From the NCBI GenBank assembly GCA_963816355.1, contig CAWFKH010000005.1:256001-320000 (forward strand): a stretch of DNA of 64,000 nt. Reading direction: 5' to 3'. Made by a program: the position numbers and the translations under genes. The notes below the pieces were generated by a model. That model did not search any database and had not been told where the DNA came from. It was given only the letters and a program-made list of their open reading frames with translations. Of this stretch, positions 1-10,081 are shown one piece after another (within the stretch, counting starts at the first letter, position 1; the number at the start of each line of letters is the position of its first letter). Source of the stretch: an uncultured Gemmatimonadales bacterium. GTDB lineage: Bacteria; Gemmatimonadota; Gemmatimonadetes; Longimicrobiales; RSA9.

Positions 1-1316
1 TCCGCGGCGTAGGACGCCTCGCCGGGCCGCTCGTCTTCGGTCAGCTCGGCGCCGTCGGCATGAACACCGCAGACACCATCATGGTCGGCCCCCTCGGCGC
101 CACCTCCCTCGCCGCGGCTGGCATCGGAAGCGCCGTCTACGTCTTCGCCACGGTGCTCTGCCAAGGCGTGCTGATGGGAATGTCACCGCTCGTCAGCCAG
201 GCGTTCGGCGCTGGCGAACGTGACGAGGTGCGGCGCGTCCTCATCCAGGGCCTCTGGCTCGCGCTCGCCCTCAGCGTACCGGTCGTCGCCGTCTGCCTCT
301 TTGGCGAGTCGATCGTACGCATGCTTGGACAGGACTCCGCCGTCGCCACGCTCGCCGGCGCCTACCTGCGCGCCCTCGCCCCTGGCGTTCCCGCCCTCTT
401 CGCGTTCATCGCGTTCCGCCAGTTCCTCGAGGGCATGGGCATCACACGGCCCACGATGCTCATCACCTTCCTCGGCCTCGGCCTCAACATCGGCTTCAAC
501 CGGATCCTCATCTTCGGCGCGCCTCCCCTGATCCCGGCGCTCGGCGTCGCCGGAAGCGGCTGGGCCACGAGCGCCGTCCGCTGGTCCATGCTCGCCGCTA
601 CCGCCGTGTTCGTCTCCGCACGACCCGACCTGCATCCGCTCCGCGTCGCCCGACGACTCCCCGAACGCGCACGACTCGCCCGGCTCCTCCACGTCGGCGC
701 GCCGATCGGCGCCCAGCTGGGACTCGAGATCGGCCTCTTCGCTTTCGCCGCCGTGATGATGGGCTGGCTCGGGCCCCTGCCCCTCGCCGCGCACCAGGTC
801 ACCATCAACATCGCTTCCACTACCTTCATGGTCGCCCTCGGCATCAGCATGGCCGGCTCCGTCCGCACCGGACACCACGTGGGCGCTGGCAACCTGCAAG
901 CCGTTCGCCACGCCGCCGCCGCCACCTACCTCCTCGCCGTCGGCTGCATGGCCCTCTTCGCCCTCTCTTTCCTCCTCATCCCCGGCTCGCTCGTCCGACT
1001 CTACTCCCACGACCCGGCCATCGTCCGCCTCGGCACCCGCCTCCTCTTCTTCGCCGCCATCTTCCAGGTCTTCGACGGCGCCCAGGTCGCCGGCATCTCC
1101 ATCCTCCGCGGCGCCGCCGACACACGCATCCCCATGGCCATCGCCGCCGTGGGCTACTGGGGCCTCGGCGTCCCAACCGGCTATCTCCTCGCCTTTTCCT
1201 CCGACGGCGGACCCTCCGGCATCTGGATCGGCCTCTGCAGCGGCCTCGCCGCCGTCGCCCTCCTCCTGGGCCTCCGCGTCCAATGGCTCCTCCGCCGGAC
1301 CTGCGCCCGCGCCTGA
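1..1316 (+). CDS. MATE family multidrug efflux transporter (NorM-like), 5' partial
   Basis: Many hydrophobic segments and MATE motifs (DTIMVG, SQAFGA, FQVFDGAQ, LRGAADT). The frame is open upstream of ATG 60 to the window edge. Confidence 0.9.
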   Translation, partial: RGVGRLAGPLVFGQLGAVGMNTADTIMVGPLGATSLAAAGIGSAVYVFATVLCQGVLMGMSPLVSQAFGAGERDEVRRVLIQGLWLALALSVPVVAVCLFGESIVRMLGQDSAVATLAGAYLRALAPGVPALFAFIAFRQFLEGMGITRPTMLITFLGLGLNIGFNRILIFGAPPLIPALGVAGSGWATSAVRWSMLAATAVFVSARPDLHPLRVARRLPERARLARLLHVGAPIGAQLGLEIGLFAFAAVMMGWLGPLPLAAHQVTINIASTTFMVALGISMAGSVRTGHHVGAGNLQAVRHAAAATYLLAVGCMALFALSFLLIPGSLVRLYSHDPAIVRLGTRLLFFAAIFQVFDGAQVAGISILRGAADTRIPMAIAAVGYWGLGVPTGYLLAFSSDGGPSGIWIGLCSGLAAVALLLGLRVQWLLRRTCARA

Positions 1317-1392
1317 CGCTCGAGAGATCCGCCCTCACCGCCCACCGCCTCCGGCGCCCGGCCACGCCCGCTCCAGAGGCACCCGGAAGCAA

Positions 1393-1433
1393 GCAAGCAA
1401 CCACTTGCGGTCCGGAGCGCACGCCGTTACCCT
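1393..1433 (+). promoter_or_regulatory. Putative sigma70 promoter (TTGCGG-N17-TACCCT) with overlapping palindromic operator GCAAG-N6-CTTGC
   Basis: The -10 ends 7 nt before ATG 1441 (leaderless geometry). The palindrome at 1393-1408 overlaps the -35. Confidence 0.5.
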
Positions 1434-1440
1434 CCGCGCC

Positions 1441-2403
1441 ATGGACATTCGACGGCAGATCCTGCAGGCCACGCTCAAGGTGTACGGCGAGTTCGGGTAC
1501 CGGGGGGCGACGACGCGGCGCATCGCGCACGAAGCCGACGTCAACGAGGTGACGCTGTTCCGTCACTTCGGCTCGAAGGCGCAGTTGATCCACGATGCGC
1601 TGCAATGCGCGATGCCGGAGGCGGAGTGGCCGCACCTTCCCGATGTGCCGGTGGCGCCGGAGACGGAGCTGCGGCAATGGGCGCGCGCGCACCTCGAGCA
1701 CCTCTACGAGATGAGCTCGGTCATCCGCACGGGCCTGAGTGAATGCGAGGAGCACGCGGAGCTGAGCACGCAGGCGGGGGAGCGGCCGCGGCGGGTGACC
1801 GTCGAGCTGCAGCGGTACGTGCAGCGGCTGCGCAAGGCAGGATTGGCGCGTGCGGACGTCGACGCGCGATCGGCGTCGTTGATGCTGGTGGGGGCGCTGT
1901 TCGCGGACGCGATGAGCCGGGACATCATGCCGGACGTCTTTCCGAAGCCGCTGGCGCGCGCCGCCCACGCGTATGTGGAGCTGTTTCTCCACGCCATCGG
2001 CGCGGCCCCCTCGGAGCGGCGCTCCGCGACGGTGATCCACGCGAAGCAACCCTCCTCCGCAGGCGCGCGCTCCGCGGCCGAAAGCGGCCGCAGGACCGCG
2101 GCGAAGAAGCGTCCGGAGACCGCCGCGAAGGACGGCGCGAAGACCGCCGCGAAGGACGGCGCCAAGACCGGCGCCAAGACCGCCGCGAACGACGCCGCGA
2201 AGACCGGCGCCAAGACCGCCGCGAAGGACGGCGCGGAGACCGCCGCGAAGGACGGCGCGAACGACGGCGCGAAGACCGGCGCCAAGACCGCCGCGAAGGG
2301 CGGCGCGGGGACCGCCGCGAAGAAGCGCCGCGAAGAAGCGCGCGAAGAAGGACGCGAAGAGCGCCGCCCGACCGCGCTCGGCGGAGAGGAGGCCGAGCCG
2401 TGA
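1441..2403 (+). CDS. TetR/AcrR family regulator with Lys/Ala-rich repetitive C-terminal tail
   Basis: N-terminal HTH (GYRGATTRRIAHEADVNEVTLFRHFGSK); first gene of an RND operon. Confidence 0.9.
   Translation: MDIRRQILQATLKVYGEFGYRGATTRRIAHEADVNEVTLFRHFGSKAQLIHDALQCAMPEAEWPHLPDVPVAPETELRQWARAHLEHLYEMSSVIRTGLSECEEHAELSTQAGERPRRVTVELQRYVQRLRKAGLARADVDARSASLMLVGALFADAMSRDIMPDVFPKPLARAAHAYVELFLHAIGAAPSERRSATVIHAKQPSSAGARSAAESGRRTAAKKRPETAAKDGAKTAAKDGAKTGAKTAANDAAKTGAKTAAKDGAETAAKDGANDGAKTGAKTAAKGGAGTAAKKRREEAREEGREERRPTALGGEEAEP
2095..2325 (+). repeat. Coding tandem 12-bp repeats (TAAK/DGAK/TGAK)
   Basis: Repeated units accgccgcgaag, gacggcgcgaag and accggcgccaag. Confidence 0.9.
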
Positions 2404-2465
2404 CACGCCAGGTGGCCGCGGCGCGTAGGACGGGGGAGCGAGAAACCGGAATCGAGGGGCGAGTG

Positions 2466-4199
2466 ATGAATACGATGGGAGTTCGAGGGCGGGCGCGCGT
2501 GCGCGCGCCGGCGAAAGTGGCGCTGGCGTTGGCGATGGGCGGAACGCTGCTGGCGGTGGCGGCGCCCTTGAGCGGGCAGACGCCGCGCGACTCGGTTGCC
2601 GCCGCGCAGCGGCGGCCGCTCTCGTTCGCGGAGGCGCTGCAGGCGGCGGAAGACGCGAGCGAGTCGGTGCAGATGGCACAGGCGGGGGTGGAACGGGCGC
2701 GGGGGCAGTATTTCCAGGCGCGCTCGCAACTCCTGCCGCAGATCACGGCGACGGCGGGCTACACGCGCACGCTGGCGACGGAGTTCTCGTCGCTGCAGTC
2801 GGCGCCGGACACGACGTCGACGCCGACGCAGCCGGACGGCTGTCCGGATTTCTTCGAGCCGACGCCGGGGCTTACGCCGGAGCAGCGGCTGGACTCGCTG
2901 GAGTTCGCGGTGCAGTGCGCGACGACGGCGAATCCGTTCTCGGCGTTTCGCAACCTGCCGTTCGGGCGGGCGAACCAGTGGTCGCTGGGGCTGAGCGCGT
3001 CGCAGACGTTGTTCGCCGGTGGTCGTCTGTGGGCGCAGAAGAGCGAAGCGGAGTCGGGCTACGAGACGGCGCGGATCACGCTGACCTCGGCGCGGGCGCA
3101 GCTCGCGCTGAACGTGACGCAGGCGTACTACGACGCGCTGCTGAGCGATCGCATGCTGGCGATCGCGACGTCGTCGCTGGAGCAGGCGCGGCGGACGCTG
3201 GACCACACGCAGCTCGCGCGGCAGGTCGGCAACAAGCCGGAGTTCGACCTGCTGCGCGCGCAGGTGACCGTGGCGAACCTGGAACCGACGGTGATCGAGC
3301 GGAGGTCACAGCGGCAGCAGGCGCACCTGCGGCTGAAGCAGCTTCTCGACCTGCCGCTCGACGCGGATCTGTGGCTCACGAGTGAGCTGGGGGACTCGCT
3401 GCCGCCGCTGCCGCAGGCGATCACACGGCTCGCGAGCTTTGCCGAGACGGCGGAGGAGGCGACGTACACGGCGGCGGACACGGCGACGGAGCTGCGCGCG
3501 CCGGTGCGGCAGGCGGTGCGGGCGCTGCAGGCGCAGCGGAGCGCGCTGCACGCGGCCAACGGCGAGCGGCTGCCGAGCCTTGTCGTCAGCACGAACTACT
3601 CGCGCGTCGCCTACCCGAACGGCGGCCTGCCGCAGTGGGACCAGTTCCGCACGAACTGGACGGTCGGTGTGAGCCTGCAGCTACCGATCTTCACGGGCGG
3701 CCGCATCGCTGGCGACCGCATGGTCGCGCGCGCGAACCTCACCGAGGCGCGGGCGCGGCTGAAGCAGACGCGGGAGCTGGCGCAGCTCGACACGCGCAGC
3801 GCGCTCGACGCGCTGGAGGCGGCGCAGGCGACGTGGCGGGCGAACGCGCGCACCGTCGATCAGGCGACGAGGGCGTATCAGATCGCGGAGCTGCGCTACC
3901 AGGAGGGGATCTCGACGCAGCTCGAGCTGGCGGACTCGCGCATCATGCTGAGCCAGGCGGAGGCGAACCGCGCCGTGGCGGCGCGGGAGCTGGAAGTCGC
4001 GCGCGTGCGCATGGCGCTCCTGCCGCTGTTGCCGCTCGGCACCGTGTCGGGGTCCTCGTCGTTTTCGGCGGGACAGGGGGGCGCGGGCAGCGTACCGGGA
4101 GCGGCGACGCCGGCGCAGACGCCGACCGCCGCGCAGCGCGCGACGCAGACCAGCGCGCAGGCGATCCAGGCGAACAGAACAGGGGGCGGGGATAGATGA
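2466..4199 (+). CDS. TolC family outer-membrane efflux protein
   Basis: Signal peptide and two OEP repeats (ARSQLLPQI...LFAGG; LQLPIFTGG; LRYQEGISTQLEL). Alternative start is GTG 2400. Confidence 0.9.
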   Translation: MNTMGVRGRARVRAPAKVALALAMGGTLLAVAAPLSGQTPRDSVAAAQRRPLSFAEALQAAEDASESVQMAQAGVERARGQYFQARSQLLPQITATAGYTRTLATEFSSLQSAPDTTSTPTQPDGCPDFFEPTPGLTPEQRLDSLEFAVQCATTANPFSAFRNLPFGRANQWSLGLSASQTLFAGGRLWAQKSEAESGYETARITLTSARAQLALNVTQAYYDALLSDRMLAIATSSLEQARRTLDHTQLARQVGNKPEFDLLRAQVTVANLEPTVIERRSQRQQAHLRLKQLLDLPLDADLWLTSELGDSLPPLPQAITRLASFAETAEEATYTAADTATELRAPVRQAVRALQAQRSALHAANGERLPSLVVSTNYSRVAYPNGGLPQWDQFRTNWTVGVSLQLPIFTGGRIAGDRMVARANLTEARARLKQTRELAQLDTRSALDALEAAQATWRANARTVDQATRAYQIAELRYQEGISTQLELADSRIMLSQAEANRAVAARELEVARVRMALLPLLPLGTVSGSSSFSAGQGGAGSVPGAATPAQTPTAAQRATQTSAQAIQANRTGGGDR

Positions 4200-5416
4200 C
4201 GACGTCCGTGAACGGAGTGACGAGGCGCGCGGGGCGGCCGGCGGTGCGAGCGACGGAGCGAGGACGCCACGCGCGGCGCGCCGCGCCGGGCGCGGCGGCC
4301 GTGCGGCACGCGGTCGCCGCCGCCGGCATCGGCTGGATGGCGCTCGCCGCGGCCGGCTGTGGGCGCGGCGGGCAGGCCACCGCCGAGCCGGGGTCCGAAT
4401 CCGTGATGGTGGGTCCGGAGAACCTCTACGTCGTTCGGAGCGGTGCCCTTTCGAGCGGTCCGGTGGTCTCCGGCTCCCTGACGCCGGAGCGGCAGGCGAC
4501 GGTGCGCGCGCAGGTGTCGGGCCCCGTCGTGGCGATGAACGTCGAGGTGGGGGAGCGGGTGGCGGCGGGCGCGGTGCTGGGTCGCATCGACGACACGGCG
4601 ATCCGCGACTCGTACCTCTCCGCACGCGCGCAGGTGGCGACGGCGCAGCAGGCGGCGACGGTGGCGAAGCGGAATCTCGAGCGGTCGGAGAAGCTGGAGG
4701 CGGCGGGCGCGATCGCGGAAGCGGACCTGGAAGCGGCGAGGACGCAGGCGACGACGGCGGAGTCGCAGCTCGCGGATGCGCGGGCGCGGCTCGCCCTGGC
4801 GCGCAAGCAGCTCGATCAGACGGCGCTGCGCGCCCCGTTCGCCGGGGTCGTGAGCGAGCGGCCGATCGACGCGGGCGACGTCGTGCAGCCGGGTACGGCG
4901 GTGGTGAGTGTCGTCGACCCGACGAGCATGAAGCTGGAGGCGTCGGTGCCGGCGCAGTATCTCCAGAACCTGAAGCTGGGGCAGTCGGTGTCGTTCGAGG
5001 TGAGGGGCTATCCGGGCCGCGTGTTCGAGGGCCGCATCCGCCGCATCGCGCCGATCGTGGACCCGGCGACGCGGCAGGTCGGTATCACCGTGTCGCTGCC
5101 CAACGCCGGCGGCGACCTTGTCGGCGGGCTGTACGCGGAGGGGCGCGTCGAGGCCGAGCGCGCGGAGGGTCTGATCGTGCCGTCGTCGGCGCTGATGGAG
5201 TCCGGCGGCCCGCCCTCGGTGCTGCGGCTGAAGCAGGGCAAGGCCGAGCAGGTGCCCGTGCAGGTGGGCCTGCGCGACGAGCGGGCGGAGATGGTGATCG
5301 TCTCCGGCAATCTCGCGGCGGGCGACACGCTCCTCGTGGGCGCCGCGCAGGGCGTCTCGCCCGGCACGCCAGTGCGGGTGCAGAGCGGAGCGGAGCAGTC
5401 CGCGCCGCGTTCCTGA
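4196..5416 (+). CDS. RND efflux periplasmic adaptor (MFP)
   Basis: Lipoyl/hairpin motifs (VRAQVSG, LRAPFAGVV, VDPATR); lipobox AAGC. Confidence 0.92.
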   Translation: MTTSVNGVTRRAGRPAVRATERGRHARRAAPGAAAVRHAVAAAGIGWMALAAAGCGRGGQATAEPGSESVMVGPENLYVVRSGALSSGPVVSGSLTPERQATVRAQVSGPVVAMNVEVGERVAAGAVLGRIDDTAIRDSYLSARAQVATAQQAATVAKRNLERSEKLEAAGAIAEADLEAARTQATTAESQLADARARLALARKQLDQTALRAPFAGVVSERPIDAGDVVQPGTAVVSVVDPTSMKLEASVPAQYLQNLKLGQSVSFEVRGYPGRVFEGRIRRIAPIVDPATRQVGITVSLPNAGGDLVGGLYAEGRVEAERAEGLIVPSSALMESGGPPSVLRLKQGKAEQVPVQVGLRDERAEMVIVSGNLAAGDTLLVGAAQGVSPGTPVRVQSGAEQSAPRS

Positions 5417-5428
5417 GGAGGCGAAGCG

Positions 5429-8400
5429 ATGTTCATCTCGGATTTCAGCATCAAGCGGCCGATCATCACCGTGGTGACGATGCTCGCGCTCGTCGTATTC
5501 GGCCTCTTCGCGCTCTTCAGCCTGCAGACGGACGAGTTCCCGGACATCGAGCAGCCGGTCGTCGCCGTCTCGGTCGCCTATCCGGGCGCTTCGCCGGAGG
5601 GCGTCGAGCGCGAGGTCACGGATCCCGTCGAGGAGGCGATCGCCGGGATCAGCGGCGTCGACAAGATGCAGTCCTCCTCGATGGATGGCTTCGCGCAGAT
5701 CATCACCTTCTTCAACTTCGAGAAGGACCCGCAGGTCGCGTCGCAGGAGATCCGGGACAAGATCTCGGCGATCCGCTCGGACCTGCCGCCGGAGATGAAG
5801 GAGCCGGTGCTGACGCGCTTCGACCCGTCGAACTTCCCGATCCTGTCGCTGTCGCTGTCCTCGACGCGGCAGACGACCGAGGAGCTGTCGCGCATCGCGG
5901 ATCCGGGCATCACGCGCGAGCTGAAGTCGGTCGCGGGCGTTGCCGACGTCCGCATCGCGGGCAACATCGAGCGCGAGATGTCGGTGCTGCTGCGGCCGGC
6001 CGCGCTGCAGTCGGCGGGCGTGAGCGTGGGCGAGGTGGTGCAGGCGCTGCAGACGCAGAACCTGGCGGCGCCGGTGGGGCGCGTCACCGGGGATCTGGAG
6101 GAGCGCACGATCCGGCTGCGCGGGCGGCTGCAGACGCCGCAGGAGTTCCAGCGCGTGGTGGTCGCGGAGCGGAACGGCCGCGTGGTCCGGCTGGGCGACG
6201 TCGCCGACGTCCGCGACGCGACCGAGGAGCCGCGCACCGCAGCGCTCTTCAACGGGCGGCCCGCCGTCGGCATCGAGATCCTGAAATCGAAGGGGTACAG
6301 CACGACGGCGGTCTCGAGCGAGATCCGCGACCGCGTGCACACGATTCAGCAGCGGCTGCCCGGCGGCACGAAGCTGGACATCGTGCAGGACGCCGGCGTG
6401 CGCGTCGAGCACTCCGTGCGCAACGTGCAGGAGACGCTGTTCGAGGGCGCGCTGCTGACCGTGCTCGTCGTCTTCCTCTTCCTGAATTCGTGGCGCTCGA
6501 CGGTGATCACGGGGCTCGCGCTGCCGATCAGCGTGCTCGCCGCGTTCGTCGCCGTGTGGGCGCTGGGCTTCACGCTCAACACGATGTCGCTGCTCGGCCT
6601 CTCGCTCGCGATCGGGATCCTGATCGACGACGCGATCGTCGTGCGGGAGAACATTGTGCGCCACATCCAGATGGGGAAGGACCACTACGTGGCGTCGCAG
6701 GAGGCGACGAACGAGATCGGCCTGGCGGTCTCCGCGACGACCTTCTCGATCATCGCCGTCTTCGTGCCGGTCGCGTTCATGTACGGCGTCGCGGGCCAGT
6801 GGTTCAAGCCGTTCGCGCTGACGATCGCGGCGGCGGTGCTGGTCTCGCTCTTCGTCTCCTTCTCGCTCGACCCGATGCTCTCGGCGTACTGGCCGGATCC
6901 GCAGCTCGAGGAGGGCGAGCACCGCAACTGGATCTCGCGCCAGCTCGAGCGCTTCAACGGGTGGTTCGAGCGGCAGGCCGACCGTTACAAGCTCGTCATC
7001 GCGTGGGCGCTCGACCACCGCCTGGCGATGGTCTTCATCGCAATCGGCACCCTCGTCGGGGCGCTCGTGCTGCAGGCCACGATCGGCGGCGCCGGCTTCG
7101 TCCCCGACAGCGACCGCAGCGAGCTGACCGTCAACTTCGAGACGCCGCCCGGCTCCAACCTCGAGTACACGAAGATCAAGGGCGAGGAGGCCGCGACGCT
7201 CGCGCGCTCGCTGCCGCAGGTGGCCTACACCTTCGTCACGGTGGGCGGCTCGAGCGGCGCGGTCGACCAGGGCATGCTCTACATCCGGCTGCTGCCGAAG
7301 AGCGAGCGCAGCGTCGGCGCGCTCGACCTCGCGCAGCGCCTGCGCCAGCGCTTCGAGCGGATCGGCGGCGCCGACTTCGCGATCTTCTCCGGCATGTTCG
7401 GCGGCGGTCAGAAGCAGATCCAGGTGGAGATCCGGGGCACGGACGCGAAGACGCTCGCGGCCATCGCCGACCGCGCGGAGGCGGAGGTCAAGCAGGTCGA
7501 AGGCGCCGTCGACGTCGGGCTCTCGACGCGCGGACAGAAGCCGGAGCTCGAGGTGCAGCTCGATCGTGGCCTCGCGTCCGACCTCGGCATCAACACGGCC
7601 CAGGTGGGGCAGGCGCTGCGCGTCGCGTTCGCGGGCGTGGACGCGGGCGACTGGGTCGACCCGACCGGCGAGACGCGCGACGTCGAGGTGCGCCTCGTGC
7701 CGGAGGCGCGCCGCCGCCCGGCCGACCTCGCGAGCCTGCCGCTCGTGGTGCAGACGGCGGGCGCGGGCGGACCGAAGATCGTTCCCCTCGGCCAGATCGC
7801 GACGGTGCGGCAGGGGATCGGCCCCGCGCAGATCGACCACCTCGATCGCGAGCGCGTCGTCGACGTGCAGGCGAACACCTCCGGCCGCTCGCTCGGCGAG
7901 GTGACGCGCGACATCAACGCGCGCCTCGGCAAGCTCGACCTGCCCCCCGGCTACCGCATCACGATGGGTGGCGACGTCGAGGGCCAGGTCGAGGTCTTCA
8001 CCAACATCTTCAAGGCGCTCGGCATCGCCATCCTCTTCATGTACCTGATCCTGGTGGTGCAGTTCGGCAGCTTCATCGATCCGATCGCCATCATGATGTC
8101 GCTGCCGCTCTCGCTGATCGGCGTCGTCGTCGCCCTGATCGTCACCGGCGACACCGTGAACATCATGAGCCTGATCGGCGTGATCCTGCTCATGGGGCTG
8201 GTCACCAAGAACGCGATCCTGCTGATCGACTTCGCGAAGTGGGGCCGCGAGCAGGGGCTGAGCCGCCGCGACGCCCTGATCGAGGCCGGCCGCATCCGGC
8301 TGCGCCCGATCCTGATGACCACCTTCGCGCTCATCGCCGGCATGACCCCCGTGGCCATCGGCGCCGGCGAGGGCGCCGATTTCCGGGCCCCGCTCGGCCG

Positions 8401-8578
8401 CGCCGTCATCGGCGGCGTCATCACGTCCACGTTCCTGACGCTCATTGCGATCCCGACGTTCTACGAGATCCTCGACGAGTGGAAGGAGTGGGTGCTGCGA
8501 AAGGTGGGGCGCAAGAAGCACGCGCCGGAGCCGCAGCCGGAGCCGCACGGCACCCCCACGCCGGTCGGCGTGGAGTAG
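5429..8578 (+). CDS. RND efflux permease (AcrB/AcrD/AcrF family)
   Basis: 1049 aa with FSIKRPI, GILIDDAIVVRENI, KNAILLIDF and RLRPILMTT. Confidence 0.96.
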   Translation: MFISDFSIKRPIITVVTMLALVVFGLFALFSLQTDEFPDIEQPVVAVSVAYPGASPEGVEREVTDPVEEAIAGISGVDKMQSSSMDGFAQIITFFNFEKDPQVASQEIRDKISAIRSDLPPEMKEPVLTRFDPSNFPILSLSLSSTRQTTEELSRIADPGITRELKSVAGVADVRIAGNIEREMSVLLRPAALQSAGVSVGEVVQALQTQNLAAPVGRVTGDLEERTIRLRGRLQTPQEFQRVVVAERNGRVVRLGDVADVRDATEEPRTAALFNGRPAVGIEILKSKGYSTTAVSSEIRDRVHTIQQRLPGGTKLDIVQDAGVRVEHSVRNVQETLFEGALLTVLVVFLFLNSWRSTVITGLALPISVLAAFVAVWALGFTLNTMSLLGLSLAIGILIDDAIVVRENIVRHIQMGKDHYVASQEATNEIGLAVSATTFSIIAVFVPVAFMYGVAGQWFKPFALTIAAAVLVSLFVSFSLDPMLSAYWPDPQLEEGEHRNWISRQLERFNGWFERQADRYKLVIAWALDHRLAMVFIAIGTLVGALVLQATIGGAGFVPDSDRSELTVNFETPPGSNLEYTKIKGEEAATLARSLPQVAYTFVTVGGSSGAVDQGMLYIRLLPKSERSVGALDLAQRLRQRFERIGGADFAIFSGMFGGGQKQIQVEIRGTDAKTLAAIADRAEAEVKQVEGAVDVGLSTRGQKPELEVQLDRGLASDLGINTAQVGQALRVAFAGVDAGDWVDPTGETRDVEVRLVPEARRRPADLASLPLVVQTAGAGGPKIVPLGQIATVRQGIGPAQIDHLDRERVVDVQANTSGRSLGEVTRDINARLGKLDLPPGYRITMGGDVEGQVEVFTNIFKALGIAILFMYLILVVQFGSFIDPIAIMMSLPLSLIGVVVALIVTGDTVNIMSLIGVILLMGLVTKNAILLIDFAKWGREQGLSRRDALIEAGRIRLRPILMTTFALIAGMTPVAIGAGEGADFRAPLGRAVIGGVITSTFLTLIAIPTFYEILDEWKEWVLRKVGRKKHAPEPQPEPHGTPTPVGVE

Positions 8579-8593
8579 CGGCGCGCCGCCGGA

Positions 8594-10081
8594 TCAGCCG
8601 CCCGCGGCGACCTCGCCGGCGATCGACGCGAGCGGCTCGACGCGGAACATGACCTGTGCGCCGCCGACCACCAGATGCCAGAGGACGCGGCCGTCCGGCG
8701 CGACCTCGTACGCCTCGGCCGGGCCGGTCGAGCCAGCCAGCCCCGCGCTCATGCCGAAGGCGACGAGGGTCGCGCCGTCTTCGAGGCGCCGGGCCGAGCC
8801 GACCGCTGAGGCGAAGTTGTCACGCTCGGGCCGCCACTCCCATACGACGTGTGCGGAGTCGGCGGTGAAGGCGAGCTCGACCGCCCGCGAGTAGCCGCCC
8901 CGCGCGATCCCGTTGTCGAATATCAGCACGTGGCCGGTCCGAACCTCGCGCGCCGCGTGCTGCCCCGAGAAGCGTTCCGCCTGCGGAACCGAGACGCTGG
9001 CCCCGGTGCCGCCCAGCCGCCACTCGAACGTGCGCCAGTCGGGCGCGATCGACGCCACCTGGTAGAGGTGGTGGAAGCTGATCGTGACGTTGCCCCGCGG
9101 CCCGATGCCGAGCGCGTTCGCGTGCAGCCATTCGCGCCCGAGGAGTGGACCACGATCCGCGACCGGCGAGAGGTGGTCCCACGACGTCCACATCCGCTCG
9201 GCCGTCCCCGCCTCGGGGCGCCACGACCAGATCGCGTCCCCCTCCAGCCCGGAGCCGTCGAGATCCCGCGCGTCGAACGCGATGAAGAGAAGCGCGTCGT
9301 CGCCTTGCGCGATCACGTCGTGGTGCATCTCGCGCGCCGCCGTATCCTGCGGCAGCTCGTACGGCTCCGCGCCGCCCGGCGTCACTTCGACGAGACCGCG
9401 CCCCTTGTCCATGAAGACGAAATCGCCGTTCGGCCGCCGCGCGAAGCCGAACGGGAAGTCGACCGTCCTCCAGTACCACACGACCTCACCGGCTCCGTCG
9501 ATCGCGACGTATCCCTTGAAGCCGGTCGGGTCGTAGGCGTGAACCATCGCCAGTGGTATCGACAGCTCCCCTTCGACGTCGAAGGTGAGCGCCGCGAGGT
9601 CCGGCGGCAGCGGATCCGTCGTGAACGTCCCGCTCGCGTGGGGGTCGACCACCTGGTAGTGGTACGTGCGACCCGCGTGCAGGCGAGCGAGGTAGACCAT
9701 GTGCTCCCGCGCCGCGGGCGACGCCACTGCGAAGCGCGGGCCACCCTCCTCCCGGTATTCCACCGTGATCGGGGCGGCGCGATCGAGCTCGATGCGCAGC
9801 GTGCGGGCGAGCGGCGCGCCCTCCGCCGTCAGCGTCGTCCGCACCACGGCGACGGCGGTCGCGTCCTGCCGCGTGCATCCCGCCGCCGCGACGAACAGGA
9901 GAGTGGCCGTGACGCGCCACGCACCCGGGATCGCGCGCCATCGCGGGATCTTCCCCGTGCGTGGAGGCCGCCGCGCGCCGGCGGTCGGTCGCGTGCGGCA
10001 GGCTGGCCGGCGGTCGAAGCGGGACGGGCGTCGGGAAGCGCTCATCGGGGTCACCGGCGGCTTGGAGGAAGCGTTACGCAT
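8594..10081 (-). CDS. Aryl-sulfate sulfotransferase-like beta-propeller lipoprotein (true start probably downstream of 10081)
   Basis: ASST-type His motifs MHHD, WLHAN, GQHA; FDNG; lipobox AAGC. Confidence 0.7.
   Translation of the reverse strand: MRNASSKPPVTPMSASRRPSRFDRRPACRTRPTAGARRPPRTGKIPRWRAIPGAWRVTATLLFVAAAGCTRQDATAVAVVRTTLTAEGAPLARTLRIELDRAAPITVEYREEGGPRFAVASPAAREHMVYLARLHAGRTYHYQVVDPHASGTFTTDPLPPDLAALTFDVEGELSIPLAMVHAYDPTGFKGYVAIDGAGEVVWYWRTVDFPFGFARRPNGDFVFMDKGRGLVEVTPGGAEPYELPQDTAAREMHHDVIAQGDDALLFIAFDARDLDGSGLEGDAIWSWRPEAGTAERMWTSWDHLSPVADRGPLLGREWLHANALGIGPRGNVTISFHHLYQVASIAPDWRTFEWRLGGTGASVSVPQAERFSGQHAAREVRTGHVLIFDNGIARGGYSRAVELAFTADSAHVVWEWRPERDNFASAVGSARRLEDGATLVAFGMSAGLAGSTGPAEAYEVAPDGRVLWHLVVGGAQVMFRVEPLASIAGEVAAGG

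Noticed and set aside
2095..2325. Possible CRISPR or non-coding array in the tandem repeats (also 28139-28470, 46730-48620)
   Set aside because: All are in-frame coding repeats without unique spacers; no cas genes are present.
3896..8548. 1550-aa antisense ORF over the RND genes (likewise 38373-42569, 45008-47674, 10283-12415)
   Set aside because: Shadow ORFs caused by high GC3 codon bias; no motifs, and they lie opposite well-supported genes.
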